52,601 nucleotides of DNA from a virus: positions 1 to 52,601 of IMG/VR virus record IMGVR_UViG_3300037440_000461. One strand, written 5' to 3'. Under the pieces are notes generated by a model. The model saw only the letters and a list, made by a program, of their open reading frames with translations. It ran no database searches and was not told the origin of the DNA. Below, in pieces: positions 1 through 7,901 of the stretch (position 1 is its first letter; every line of letters begins with the position of its first letter). Made by a program: the position numbers and the translations under genes.

Positions 1-127
1 CCGGCGCAGCGCGTCCGATGTCCGGATCTCCGTGATGCCCAGCTCCCGGAGGACGGCGTTGACGTCCCCGCCGCTTGACTGGACCTTCGCCAGCCCGGCC
101 ACGAACCGGGCGATGGCCGTACCGGCA
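1..127. repeat. Terminal duplication, copy 1 of 2 (identical to 52475-52601)
   Basis: I compared both window ends base by base: 127/127 are identical and the identity stops exactly at the window edges. This is typical of a circular contig written out with a k-mer overlap. Confidence 0.95.
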
Positions 128-951
128 TCTTGCTCGTACGCCCGGGCGAACTCGTCCGCGCTGAGTCCGGCGGTCCGGGCGAAGACCTCCAGCTTGGCCC
201 CGCCTTCGGAGACCGCGGTGTCGATCTCCAGGAAGACTCTGGAGATGGCGGTGCCGCCGGCCTCGGCGTTGATACCGACATTGCTCAGCGCTGCGGCGAA
301 GCCCACGACCTGCTGCTCGGTCAGGCCGATCGTCCGCCCTGCGCCGGCGATCCGCAGCGCCATCTCGACGATCTCCGCCTCGGTCGTCGCGCCCTTGTTG
401 CCGAGGTCCACCACCGCGCTCGCCAGCCGATCGACATCCGCGGGCGCGGTCTGCATGATGTTCATCAGCCGGGCCAGGGCGGTGGCAGCGGCATCGCTGG
501 TGAGGTTGGTCGCCTCACCCATGTCGATCATCGTCTTGGTGAACGCGGCGACGTTCTCGCGCTGGATGCCAAGCTGGCCGGCGGCCTCCGCCACGGCGGC
601 GATCTCCGCGTGGCTGGCGGGCAGCACCGCCGTCAGGCCCCGGATGTCCTCCTCCAAGGCGGCCATCTGGGCGTCGGTCCCCTCGACGGTCTTCAGCACC
701 CCGGCCCAACTGGACTCCCAGTCGATGGCGGCCTTGACTGCCAGGCCCACCCCGGCCGCGATCGCGGCGCCAGCGACCAGCATCCCGCGGCCAAGCGAGG
801 TGAGCGCCCGGTCCACCCGGGCCTGCTGACGCTCCAGCTTGGCCAGCTCGCGCTCGAACAGGCTCGCCTCACGCCTAGACTGCCGGGTCGTGAAGGCGCT
901 CTCGTCGGCCTCGATGTTCAGGACGAGGTCACGCCGCATCGAGCCGGGCAT
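1..951 (-). CDS. Tail tape measure protein, N-terminal part (gene wraps the linearisation point and continues in 50645..52601)
   Basis: Minus-strand ATG at 949-951 has AGGAGG at 958-963. The translation MPGSMRRDLVLNIEADES...AIDWESSWAGVLKTVEG...QLGIQRENVAAFTKTMIDMGEATNLTSD...GLTEQQVVGFAAALSNVGINAEAGGTAISRVF looks like a TP901-type tape-measure core. The frame is open to base 1 and is continuous with 50645..52601 through the 127-bp overlap. Confidence 0.9.
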   Translation of the reverse strand, partial: MPGSMRRDLVLNIEADESAFTTRQSRREASLFERELAKLERQQARVDRALTSLGRGMLVAGAAIAAGVGLAVKAAIDWESSWAGVLKTVEGTDAQMAALEEDIRGLTAVLPASHAEIAAVAEAAGQLGIQRENVAAFTKTMIDMGEATNLTSDAAATALARLMNIMQTAPADVDRLASAVVDLGNKGATTEAEIVEMALRIAGAGRTIGLTEQQVVGFAAALSNVGINAEAGGTAISRVFLEIDTAVSEGGAKLEVFARTAGLSADEFARAYEQDAGTAIARFVAGLAKVQSSGGDVNAVLRELGITEIRTSDALRR

Positions 952-1821
952 GGCGCACCTCCTCGTTACGGATCAGCTTCACGTGGTAGCCGCGCCGCTC
1001 CTGGTCACCCAGCGACCGCAGGGTGGCCTGCAGCGCCTCCAGCTGGTGGCAGCCGGGACAGAACTCCGGCACCGCCCGGTGGGCTTGCAGGTGGCCGCCG
1101 TGCTCCGGCTGCCACTCCTCGGCCCGGGTGCCGCAGCCGGAGCAGACCTGGGCCGAGCGCGCCAGCTCCCAGATCGCCTTGGACCGGTCATCGTGGGACC
1201 AGCCCAGGAACTGGCTGTGGGGGATCTGGTAGGCGCGGCAGACCCGCAGCTCCAGCGCTAGCTGGGCATCGTGATCGAGCCTTTTGGGAGCATCGGGTCG
1301 GCCCAACGCGCCCGCTCGTTCAGGCCGAGCACGGCCACCCGCAGCTCTTGCCGCTCACCGTCCGAGCAGTGCTCGGCCAAGAATGTCGACCAGTGCTCCG
1401 CGGTCATGTCGCTGCCGGCGCTGGCTGCCAGCAGCGACGGCACGAACGTGTCCGGGTCGGCATCCGGCGGCCGGACCTGCTCCGCCTCCGCAGCCGCCAC
1501 CTGAGCGGCCGTGGGCGGGTGCTCCGACTTGAGCTGCTCGTAGTCGGCCGGGGGCAGCGCGGTCAGGGTGACCGTCTCGTAGCAGGCGTCCGCCGCAGCC
1601 TGAGCCTCCGCCAGCCCGGCCTCGGCCACGACATAGGCCGGGGTGCCCTCCTCAGCTCGTAGCAGCGCCTGCCGGGCCGACCGGTGAGCCTCGACCGCCG
1701 CCCGGGCCTCGGACGGGTCGACCACCAGGATCGGGTACGGCAGCGACGGCAGCGGCCGAGCCAGCAGCCGGTCACGCTGGCTGGGCTCGGCCGTCTGCTT
1801 GCGGCGGGGCGCCGCGGTCAC
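929..1821 (-). CDS. Tail assembly chaperone G-T fusion product made by -1 programmed frameshift
   Basis: ORF 929..1306 lies in the -1 frame of 1258..1821 and overlaps its last codons. A slip on CCCAAAA joins ...ADPMLPK to RLDHDAQLALELR.... The position directly upstream of the tape measure gene is the conserved G/G-T arrangement. Confidence 0.75.
1258..1821 (-). CDS. Tail assembly chaperone (G-like)
   Basis: 187-aa acidic ORF. Its GTG start is GTGA-coupled to the stop of the major tail gene. It lies between the major tail and tape measure genes and contains the slippery heptamer 7 codons before its stop. Confidence 0.8.
   Translation of the reverse strand: MTAAPRRKQTAEPSQRDRLLARPLPSLPYPILVVDPSEARAAVEAHRSARQALLRAEEGTPAYVVAEAGLAEAQAAADACYETVTLTALPPADYEQLKSEHPPTAAQVAAAEAEQVRPPDADPDTFVPSLLAASAGSDMTAEHWSTFLAEHCSDGERQELRVAVLGLNERARWADPMLPKGSITMPS
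1282..1288 (-). promoter_or_regulatory. -1 ribosomal frameshift slippery heptamer C CCA AAA
   Basis: The minus strand reads CTC CCA AAA GGC in the G frame, which is the X XXY YYZ form. The -1 frame is open from here to 929. Confidence 0.7.
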
Positions 1822-2312
1822 GCCGGCAGTGCCCAGTCGATGGCCGGCACGCGGGTGATCGCGAACTGGACCATCACCCGGGCCGGGTCCTCACTGGCCA
1901 GGTTGACCTCCTTCGGGATTCCGGCCACCGTCACCGGGAACGTGTCAGCCAGGTTTCCGGTGACGTCGCCGCCCCAGCAGAAGACCACGAACCCGACCGT
2001 GCCCCGGGGAAGCAGGGAACGCAACGCATCCGCGCCGGTCTTGGTCATGTAGAACGTGGCGGTGCTGTCCTCGGCAGTGGTCCGGCCGATGATCTTCCCG
2101 ATGAACGTGGTTGCCAGGTCGGGAGTGTCCACGATGTTGCTGCGGACGTTCCATCCGGTTGTGGCGGCCAACTCCGGGCTCAGGTCGGTGCCGGCGTTCA
2201 GCTCGGAACGGGTCGCCTGCAGGTTGACGTTGACAACCGTGGTCAGGAAGTACATCTTGGAGACCCCGGGGTGGATGTACCGGACCGCCGCGGTGATCGG
2301 TGTCGCTACCAT
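1818..2312 (-). CDS. Major tail protein (positional call)
   Basis: 164-aa ORF with a GAGGAG RBS, lying immediately upstream of the G/G-T/tape-measure genes. Size and position fit the tail tube subunit. I recognised no specific motif. Confidence 0.6.
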   Translation of the reverse strand: MVATPITAAVRYIHPGVSKMYFLTTVVNVNLQATRSELNAGTDLSPELAATTGWNVRSNIVDTPDLATTFIGKIIGRTTAEDSTATFYMTKTGADALRSLLPRGTVGFVVFCWGGDVTGNLADTFPVTVAGIPKEVNLASEDPARVMVQFAITRVPAIDWALPA

Positions 2313-2315
2313 GCC

Positions 2316-2504
2316 CTACTCCTCTGTATCGGTGCCGGCGGCGACCGGCTGGCTCTTACGGCGCCGGCCAACGACCGGCTCGGGCTCAGGCTTGGGCGGC
2401 GGCGGCGGGTCGGTCTCCTGCCAGCCGGCGGCAGCCCACACCAGCACGGCCGAGTCAGGGACCTCGACGCTCCGGTCCAGCGTCGGATGATAGATCCACG
2501 CCAT
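2316..2504 (-). CDS. Hypothetical protein (62 aa, Pro-rich C-terminus)
   Basis: ATG overlaps the upstream stop by 1 nt (TGATG). It lies in the structural operon. Confidence 0.45.
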   Translation of the reverse strand: MAWIYHPTLDRSVEVPDSAVLVWAAAGWQETDPPPPPKPEPEPVVGRRRKSQPVAAGTDTEE

Positions 2505-2824
2505 CAGGAGATCACCTCGAAGGTGACATCCGCGGTCGCCGACCAGGTCAGCGTGACCAGGCCATCAGCCGGGTTGCGGTAGGTGGCCGTCGCACGCACA
2601 TACCGGTGCTCACCGGCCGGCACCGGCACCGTCCGGTCAGCCACCGCCAGGTCACCGTCCACCGTCTGGGGCGTGACCATGGTCAGGGTCACCGAACTGA
2701 CCGAGCCGTTGATGGCCCGGACAATGCTGTCGGGCCGGACCTTGTCACCCGCGCCACCACTGGCCGGGTTGGGCGTTGCGTCCAGGCCGGTGGTCGGCAC
2801 CGGTTCGGTTGCCACTGTCGCCAT
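2504..2824 (-). CDS. Hypothetical structural protein (neck/tail-terminator position)
   Basis: 106-aa ORF with an ATG start, lying between the gp10-like gene and the major tail gene. Confidence 0.55.
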   Translation of the reverse strand: MATVATEPVPTTGLDATPNPASGGAGDKVRPDSIVRAINGSVSSVTLTMVTPQTVDGDLAVADRTVPVPAGEHRYVRATATYRNPADGLVTLTWSATADVTFEVIS

Positions 2825-2836
2825 GTCATGCCCTCT

Positions 2837-3265
2837 CTATCGCCAGCCGCGGCGACGCGCCGCGGTCTCCGCCGCCCGGTCGGCGGCATCCAGCCATCGC
2901 TGTCGGCCCGCCTTGATTGCCGGGATCAGGTACGGGCGGGTGTTCTGCTGAACCCACACCTCGCGGTTGCCGAAGACCGGGTGCCGGAAGCCGCGCCGGT
3001 CCTGGCCGAACTCGTACAGCCGGGCATGCGGCGCCTGGCGGGTGGAAACCCCCAGCCGGACGCCCGGATTCTTGCGGCTGCGGGAGACCCGCAGGAACAT
3101 CGCCTTAGGGATGCGGCTCGACCAGTCGGCCCGCCGCTTCGCGTCCTCGAGGATCGGCCGGCCAGCCCTGAGAAACTCGGGGCCGAGTTGCTTGCGCAGC
3201 TCCTCCGGCAGCGCCCCGAGGTCCTGGATCAGCTTCTTGACCGCATCGCGGTTACGGACCACCAC
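2837..3265 (-). CDS. HK97 gp10-family neck / tail-completion protein
   Basis: Segments ...HARLYEFG...RHPVFGNRE...RPYLIPAI... resemble the HK97 gp10 family. GTG at 3265 is preceded by GGGAGG. The track ORF extension to 3313 is C/R/P-rich and probably not translated. Confidence 0.7.
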   Translation of the reverse strand: MVVRNRDAVKKLIQDLGALPEELRKQLGPEFLRAGRPILEDAKRRADWSSRIPKAMFLRVSRSRKNPGVRLGVSTRQAPHARLYEFGQDRRGFRHPVFGNREVWVQQNTRPYLIPAIKAGRQRWLDAADRAAETAARRRGWR

Positions 3266-3356
3266 AGGGCACCTCCCGCAAACGGCTACGACCGGTGGCC
3301 GGCACGGCACCACCCAGGGATACGTTCAGCTCTCCCCGGCGCCGGACCGCGGGATA

Positions 3357-3362
3357 TAGCCT
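3357..3362 (+). promoter_or_regulatory. Putative -10 box (TAGCCT, TANNNT type) of a leaderless transcript
   Basis: TAGCCT is followed by 6 nt and then the ATG at 3369. This is the geometry of actinobacterial leaderless mRNAs. Confidence 0.35.
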
Positions 3363-3368
3363 GCGGTC

Positions 3369-3551
3369 ATGACTGTCGATAGAAATGCCGCACAAGAGCC
3401 GGACCAGCAGCGAGGATCATCCGTGAGATCACTGTTTCGGGTCCCGCGCAACGGCCACGAGCTGATCAACTTCGCGATCCCGTGGGCAGTAATCCTCGGG
3501 CTCGCCACAGCGTTCGGGTGGGGCGCGATCTCGGCGTTGATCGGTCAGTAG
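3369..3551 (+). CDS. Small tail-anchored membrane protein, opposite-strand moron inside the neck gene cluster
   Basis: 60-aa ORF ending in the hydrophobic helix INFAIPWAVILGLATAFGWGAISALIGQ. It fills an otherwise unexplained gap of about 280 bp of lower GC between two minus-strand structural genes. The alternative minus ORF 3326..3508 has a less protein-like composition. Confidence 0.4.
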   Translation: MTVDRNAAQEPDQQRGSSVRSLFRVPRNGHELINFAIPWAVILGLATAFGWGAISALIGQ

Positions 3552-3991
3552 GCGAACGCGTCGCAGTTGACCACGAAGGTCAAGGCGACCGAGGCGCCCC
3601 CGGCGGTCTCCTCACCCTCCAGCTGCACCTGGTCCAGGTCCACCACGGCCGGCCGGGCGCGCATCACCACCCCGCCCAGGGTCTGGTCACGCCGCAGCTC
3701 GGCCACCAACGAGTCGAACAACTCGAACGCGCGGAGCCGGGGCGGCCGCAGCACGGTGTCACCGGAGACCACCGAGATATGGCAGGCCACGTCGTAGGTC
3801 TCCCGGTCATCCACCCCCGCCGACTGCCGAGCCAGATCCACCGCCACCGACGGGAGCTGCTCGGACCAGCCGACGATGACCAGCTCGTCCTCCCAGTCGG
3901 CCACGTCCGGGCCGTCCAGCACCTGCACACCGGGTAGCGCCGCCCGGAACGCGACCAGCATCGCATCCAACGCGGCCGGGATCGTACTCAC
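3545..3991 (-). CDS. Head-tail joining (head closure type) protein
   Basis: GTG at 3991 is GTGA-coupled to the connector gene stop. The protein is 148 aa and lies in the neck module. The longer track ORF (to 4240) is an R/G-rich extension overlapping the upstream gene. Confidence 0.55.
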   Translation of the reverse strand: MSTIPAALDAMLVAFRAALPGVQVLDGPDVADWEDELVIVGWSEQLPSVAVDLARQSAGVDDRETYDVACHISVVSGDTVLRPPRLRAFELFDSLVAELRRDQTLGGVVMRARPAVVDLDQVQLEGEETAGGASVALTFVVNCDAFAY

Positions 3992-4836
3992 GCGAACCCC
4001 CCGGCCTGAGCCTCGCCGCCCAGCAGCTCGATCGCCCGCCGCGGCACCGAGAACGTCAACCCGGCCGCCCGGGCCTCGACCCCGTCGCCGGAGCTCGCCG
4101 ACGGTGGCCGGCGGGACTCCCGCCCCCGCTGGGTCGCCCACAGGTGCTGCAGGATGATCCGGCCAGCGTGGGTGATCGCCGCCGAGACCTGCCGCCGACC
4201 GGCGGAGTAGACCACGTCCCACGGGCCGCCGGTGAACCACAGCCCGGCGGCGCCCTTACGGATGACCACCCCGGCCTGCTCGTCCACGTCCAGCTCCAGC
4301 GGGTCGTAGTCGGTGCCGCCGTCCAGCACCGCGGTCACCGAGGTGACGGCCAGCACCGGCCGGTGCCGCAGCACCAGCGCCCGGGTGGCGTAGTCATGCA
4401 CCCGGTCGGTGTAGGTTCGCACCGCCACCGGACCAACCCCCCACTCCGGGTTGTGCTCTACCACCTCGGTGACCGCCTCCAGGAAGCGGCGCACCTCCTC
4501 GTCGTGGGTGGTGATCGCCGCCGCGATGTTCAGATGCTCCTTGGCATCGTGAAGGGAGAACAACAGCGGCGGGGTCGCGTCGCGGACATCGAAGACATCG
4601 GCGTGGGCGGTGACCGGGCCGGTGGTCGTCAGCCGCCAAGGATGCCGTCCCGCCTGGACGGTCTGGTAGTCGACCCGCAGGATGCCCGTCTCGGCCGGCG
4701 GAAGCGGCACCGTCGGGGTGACGGGGGTCAGGTCCGGCAGGGTGATCGTCAGCGTGGCGGTAGCCGGGTCGGTCAGCTCGCCGGCATCATCCCGGATCGC
4801 AACGGCCACCTGGAAAACATCGCCGAGATCGATCAA
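3988..4836 (-). CDS. Head-tail connector (gp6-like) protein with N-terminal extra domain
   Basis: The central segment SLHDAKEHLNIAAAITTHDEEVRRFLEAVTEVVE resembles gp6-like head-tail connector / DNA-packaging (QLRG) family helices. The TTG start is TTGA-coupled to the upstream stop. Confidence 0.55.
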   Translation of the reverse strand: MIDLGDVFQVAVAIRDDAGELTDPATATLTITLPDLTPVTPTVPLPPAETGILRVDYQTVQAGRHPWRLTTTGPVTAHADVFDVRDATPPLLFSLHDAKEHLNIAAAITTHDEEVRRFLEAVTEVVEHNPEWGVGPVAVRTYTDRVHDYATRALVLRHRPVLAVTSVTAVLDGGTDYDPLELDVDEQAGVVIRKGAAGLWFTGGPWDVVYSAGRRQVSAAITHAGRIILQHLWATQRGRESRRPPSASSGDGVEARAAGLTFSVPRRAIELLGGEAQAGGFA

Positions 4837-7550
4837 GCGACACCTCCTGAGGTTGGGACCCGTGGCCAGATCAGGGTGGCGGTCGGCCGCCGCGGCGGTA
4901 CCGGTGACGAGTGGCCGGGCCGGTTCGGATCGAACGCGGCGACAACACCCGCGAGCGCCAGAGCAAGGGTGATCGCAGTGGTGACGGCGCGGTCGTTGTG
5001 CCCGACCGGGGTGAGCGTCAGGGTGAGCGGTATCCCGGCGGTGGCCTGGTAGCCGGTGGCGGTGGTGCCGGCCAGGGTCAGGCTGACCGGGATGTTGGTG
5101 GTGACCTGGTTGGGCGCGCCGGGCACGGGCGCGTCCACCACCGGGGCGAGCACCACTGCGAGCGGGAGCGTGGTGGTGGCCTGGTGGGTGGCCTGCACGG
5201 TGCCGGCGGTGGCCAGGGTCAGCGGCACGGCGGTGGTGACCTGGTGGTCGGCCTGGGCGGTGCCGGCCACGGTCACCGTGAGGGGGATGCTGGCGGTTAC
5301 CTGGGCCGGGGCGCCCACCTCCGGCGCGTCGACCACCGGCGCCAGGCTCAGGGCCAGCGGCACAGCCGCGGTCACGGTGTGGTCGGCGGCTACAGTCCCG
5401 GCCAGCGCGACCGTCAGGTCCACTTCGGCGGTGGCCTGGTGCTGCGCGGTGGCGGTGCCGGCCAGCGCCACCCCGAGCTCGACCCCGGCGGTCACCTGAT
5501 GCTCGGCCTCGGCGGTGCCGGCCACCACCACCGACAGGGGGATGGCGGCGGTCACCTGGGGGGTGGCGATGACGCCGGTGGACCAGACGACCAGCGCGGC
5601 GGTGATCCGCTTGCCGGCGTCCCCGCCGGGCAGGCTGACCGTGTCCGCCCGGACCCCCGAGCTCTGCCCGTCCAGGATCTGGTAGCCGCCGGCGCCGGCG
5701 TTCCCCCCGGCGCCCTTCCCGGCGTAGGCGTCCAGCAGCAGATTCCCGCCACCGACCAGCCCCGGGTTCACGTCGGTGGCGGCCCAGCCGATGCCGGCCG
5801 CACCGCCGTCGCGGATCGCCGCGGCGGCCAGCAGCAGCAGGTCACCGGCCGGGATCGAGGCGGTGTCGCCGGTGGCCAGGGACGTGACGGAGCCGGTGTC
5901 GGAGTCCGCGACCGCGGCATCGGCGAACCCGAACGCCCCGCCCTCCTGGACGCGCAGCCATATCGCGTCGGTCGGGTCGGCCGACCAGGCAGCGGTGAAC
6001 AGCCCGTCAGTGATGCCGCTGGTGGGGACCAACTCGGCCACCCCGAGCGAGCGGCGGGCCAGGTCGTTGGCCGGCAAGGTGGCCTCGGCCACCCGGTTGA
6101 CCCAAGACGCGCCGCCGGCGTTGGGGGTGACCGCGAAGCCGGTGCCGCCGCCGCGGGAGAACGCGATGCAGATCAGCCGCTCACCGACGGCGCAGGACAG
6201 GGTGACCGGGTTGGCGGAGACGGTGCCGGAGACCAGCCCGGTATCGCTGGGCGCCTGGACGGTGCCGGCCAGCGCCACGGTCAGCGGGATGTCGGCGGTG
6301 ACCGCGTGGTCGGTGCCGGCGGTGGGGGCGACCGCGACGGTCAGCGGGATGTTGGCGGTGACTTGGGTGGGGGAGAAGACCGCGACCTCGTACTCGGCCC
6401 ACGCGTCGGGGTCGTTGACCGCGACGGTGATGGTTCGGCCGCCGCCGCCGCCGGCCTTGCGCAGCTCGGCCGAGAAGGCCAGGATGTCCCCGGCCGCCCA
6501 GGTGGTGGCCAGCTCGAAGGTCTGGACCTTGATCCCGACGGTGTTCTGCTCGCTCGAGTAGCTTGAGCTGGCCTGGAGCACCCCGGATGAGTTCCAGCGC
6601 TGGACCCGCCACCGGTAGCTGAGCGTGGCCGCGCTGACCGCGGTGACCTGGAACTGGGTGGAGATCGTGTTGCTGCCGACCGCGGTGCCGACCTCGCGCT
6701 GGAAGCGGAAGACCTCTGTGAACCCGCCGGAGATGCTGGCTGAGGTCAGGGTGGTCGGGGTGCCCTGGGTCTCGGACAGGTCCCGGACGATGCCGGTGGT
6801 GAACGGCTCGGTCTGGGTGGTGCGGTAGAAGTTCTTGCTGAAGACGAAGAGGCCGGTGTCCTCGTACTGGAAGCCGAGGTCGGTGGCCGAGACCGAGCCG
6901 CCGCCACCGAAGGTGATCTGGTCGGCCCGGCCGCCGGTGACATCCTCAACGTTGTGGTCCGAGGGCTGGCCGAATCCCCACGCGGCCGACGGGCCAGCGG
7001 CCAGCCAGTTGTCGAGGTGCTCCTCCAGGAGCGCCGCCTCGATGTCGTCGTCGCCGTCCGTGTCGGCGGTCCACGGCAACTCGTCCGCCCACGCGCCCAT
7101 GGCGGCCACGTAGGAGCCGGGGCCGACCGCGCCCTCGGTGGCCATCCGGATGCTGCCGCCGGTCGGGGCGGCCCAGTTCCCGACCGCCGCGTCCCCGTCG
7201 GCGTGCGCCGGGATGCCGGTGGTGACATTGAGCAGGCTGAACCGCGGGGTGGCGCTACCGGTGGCCTTGCGGGCTATCAGCGCGTGCCAGTCGCCGGCGG
7301 TGGTGACCGGTCCGGCTGACTCGGTGGTCCCGTCGGACCACACCACCTCATCGGATGCGTTGAGCCCGATCCCGCCGAGGTCTAGCCCGGCCGAGTCGTG
7401 CAGCCGGAACAGGGTCCGCGCCGCTCCGTCGTACAGCGGCAACGGTTTGAACAGCACCGCCACGGTGCCGTAGGTGATCCCATCCAGGCCACCGGTGCCG
7501 GTGGTGAAGATGATGTCGCTGGCGGCGTCGAGCGAACGGACGATCGTCAT
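4833..7550 (-). CDS. Large (905 aa) multidomain repeat protein: LamG-like N-domain, two further beta-rich modules, C-terminal 20-residue tandem repeats
   Basis: ATG at 7550 with a GAGGTGG RBS. The N-terminus (...GDWHALIARKATGSATPRFSLLNVTTG...) looks like a concanavalin/LamG-type jelly roll. The C-terminal 240 aa are tandem units. The frame is uninterrupted and has very high third-position GC. Confidence 0.85.
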   Translation of the reverse strand: MTIVRSLDAASDIIFTTGTGGLDGITYGTVAVLFKPLPLYDGAARTLFRLHDSAGLDLGGIGLNASDEVVWSDGTTESAGPVTTAGDWHALIARKATGSATPRFSLLNVTTGIPAHADGDAAVGNWAAPTGGSIRMATEGAVGPGSYVAAMGAWADELPWTADTDGDDDIEAALLEEHLDNWLAAGPSAAWGFGQPSDHNVEDVTGGRADQITFGGGGSVSATDLGFQYEDTGLFVFSKNFYRTTQTEPFTTGIVRDLSETQGTPTTLTSASISGGFTEVFRFQREVGTAVGSNTISTQFQVTAVSAATLSYRWRVQRWNSSGVLQASSSYSSEQNTVGIKVQTFELATTWAAGDILAFSAELRKAGGGGGRTITVAVNDPDAWAEYEVAVFSPTQVTANIPLTVAVAPTAGTDHAVTADIPLTVALAGTVQAPSDTGLVSGTVSANPVTLSCAVGERLICIAFSRGGGTGFAVTPNAGGASWVNRVAEATLPANDLARRSLGVAELVPTSGITDGLFTAAWSADPTDAIWLRVQEGGAFGFADAAVADSDTGSVTSLATGDTASIPAGDLLLLAAAAIRDGGAAGIGWAATDVNPGLVGGGNLLLDAYAGKGAGGNAGAGGYQILDGQSSGVRADTVSLPGGDAGKRITAALVVWSTGVIATPQVTAAIPLSVVVAGTAEAEHQVTAGVELGVALAGTATAQHQATAEVDLTVALAGTVAADHTVTAAVPLALSLAPVVDAPEVGAPAQVTASIPLTVTVAGTAQADHQVTTAVPLTLATAGTVQATHQATTTLPLAVVLAPVVDAPVPGAPNQVTTNIPVSLTLAGTTATGYQATAGIPLTLTLTPVGHNDRAVTTAITLALALAGVVAAFDPNRPGHSSPVPPRRPTATLIWPRVPTSGGVA
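4938..5558 (-). repeat. In-frame 60/75-bp tandem repeats encoding the C-terminal repeat array of the 905-aa protein
   Basis: About ten consecutive units of the type QVTAxIPLxVxLAGTxxAxH (20 codons). The 25-codon variants end APVVDAPxxGAP. Two more units lie at about 6250-6365. Confidence 0.85.
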
Positions 7551-7577
7551 CGCGGCACCACCTCAGGCTCGGTGCGG

Positions 7578-7874
7578 CTAGCGGAGAGCCCAGAGATCAT
7601 CGAGGAATGCGGTGAACTCCTTGGCAACGCCCAGCGTCGCGTCACCCTCGAAGATGTCGCGGAGCTGCTCGGCGTCGGTGACCGCCGAACCGATCACCGC
7701 GGCATCGGTGGCCGTGAACCCGAAGTCGGTCTCGAGCCCGGTAGCGCCTACTCCGGCGTGCCAGCGATTGAACCGGTCAACGAGCTCGAAAGCCTCGCGA
7801 AGGGCTACCGCCATCCGCCCGGCATTCTGGTTGATGCTGTCCTTGGTCGTGAAGGCACCGAACCCTGCGGCCAT
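7578..7874 (-). CDS. Hypothetical protein (98 aa)
   Basis: ATG with a strong GAGGAGG RBS, in the head-module operon. Confidence 0.6.
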   Translation of the reverse strand: MAAGFGAFTTKDSINQNAGRMAVALREAFELVDRFNRWHAGVGATGLETDFGFTATDAAVIGSAVTDAEQLRDIFEGDATLGVAKEFTAFLDDLWALR

Positions 7875-7901
7875 GTCATCCTCCTCAGATCGGTACGGCG
7901 A

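Noticed and set aside
1-127. Reading the 127-bp end duplication as a biological direct terminal repeat.
   Set aside because: It falls in the middle of the tape-measure coding sequence. Its length equals a common assembler k-mer. The genome has an HNH-cos-terminase arrangement that predicts cohesive ends elsewhere (about 16571-16708).
130-1662. Very long plus-strand ORFs antisense to the structural and replication genes. Examples are 130..1662, 2300..3382, 4911..6566, 14623..15936, 18354..19718, 28857..30263 and 44119..45321, plus 41129..42109 on the minus strand.
   Set aside because: Their products are Arg/Gly/Pro/His-rich low-complexity strings. They lie opposite ORFs with recognisable domains (tape measure, portal, terminase, primase, endolysin). 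They share the third-codon position with the real frame, which is the usual shadow-ORF artefact of ~70 percent GC DNA.
4938-5558. Regular 60/75-bp repeats that could be mistaken for a CRISPR array or a non-coding satellite.
   Set aside because: The units are contiguous with no unique spacers, are imperfect at synonymous-looking positions, and are in frame within one uninterrupted 905-codon ORF. They therefore encode a protein repeat.
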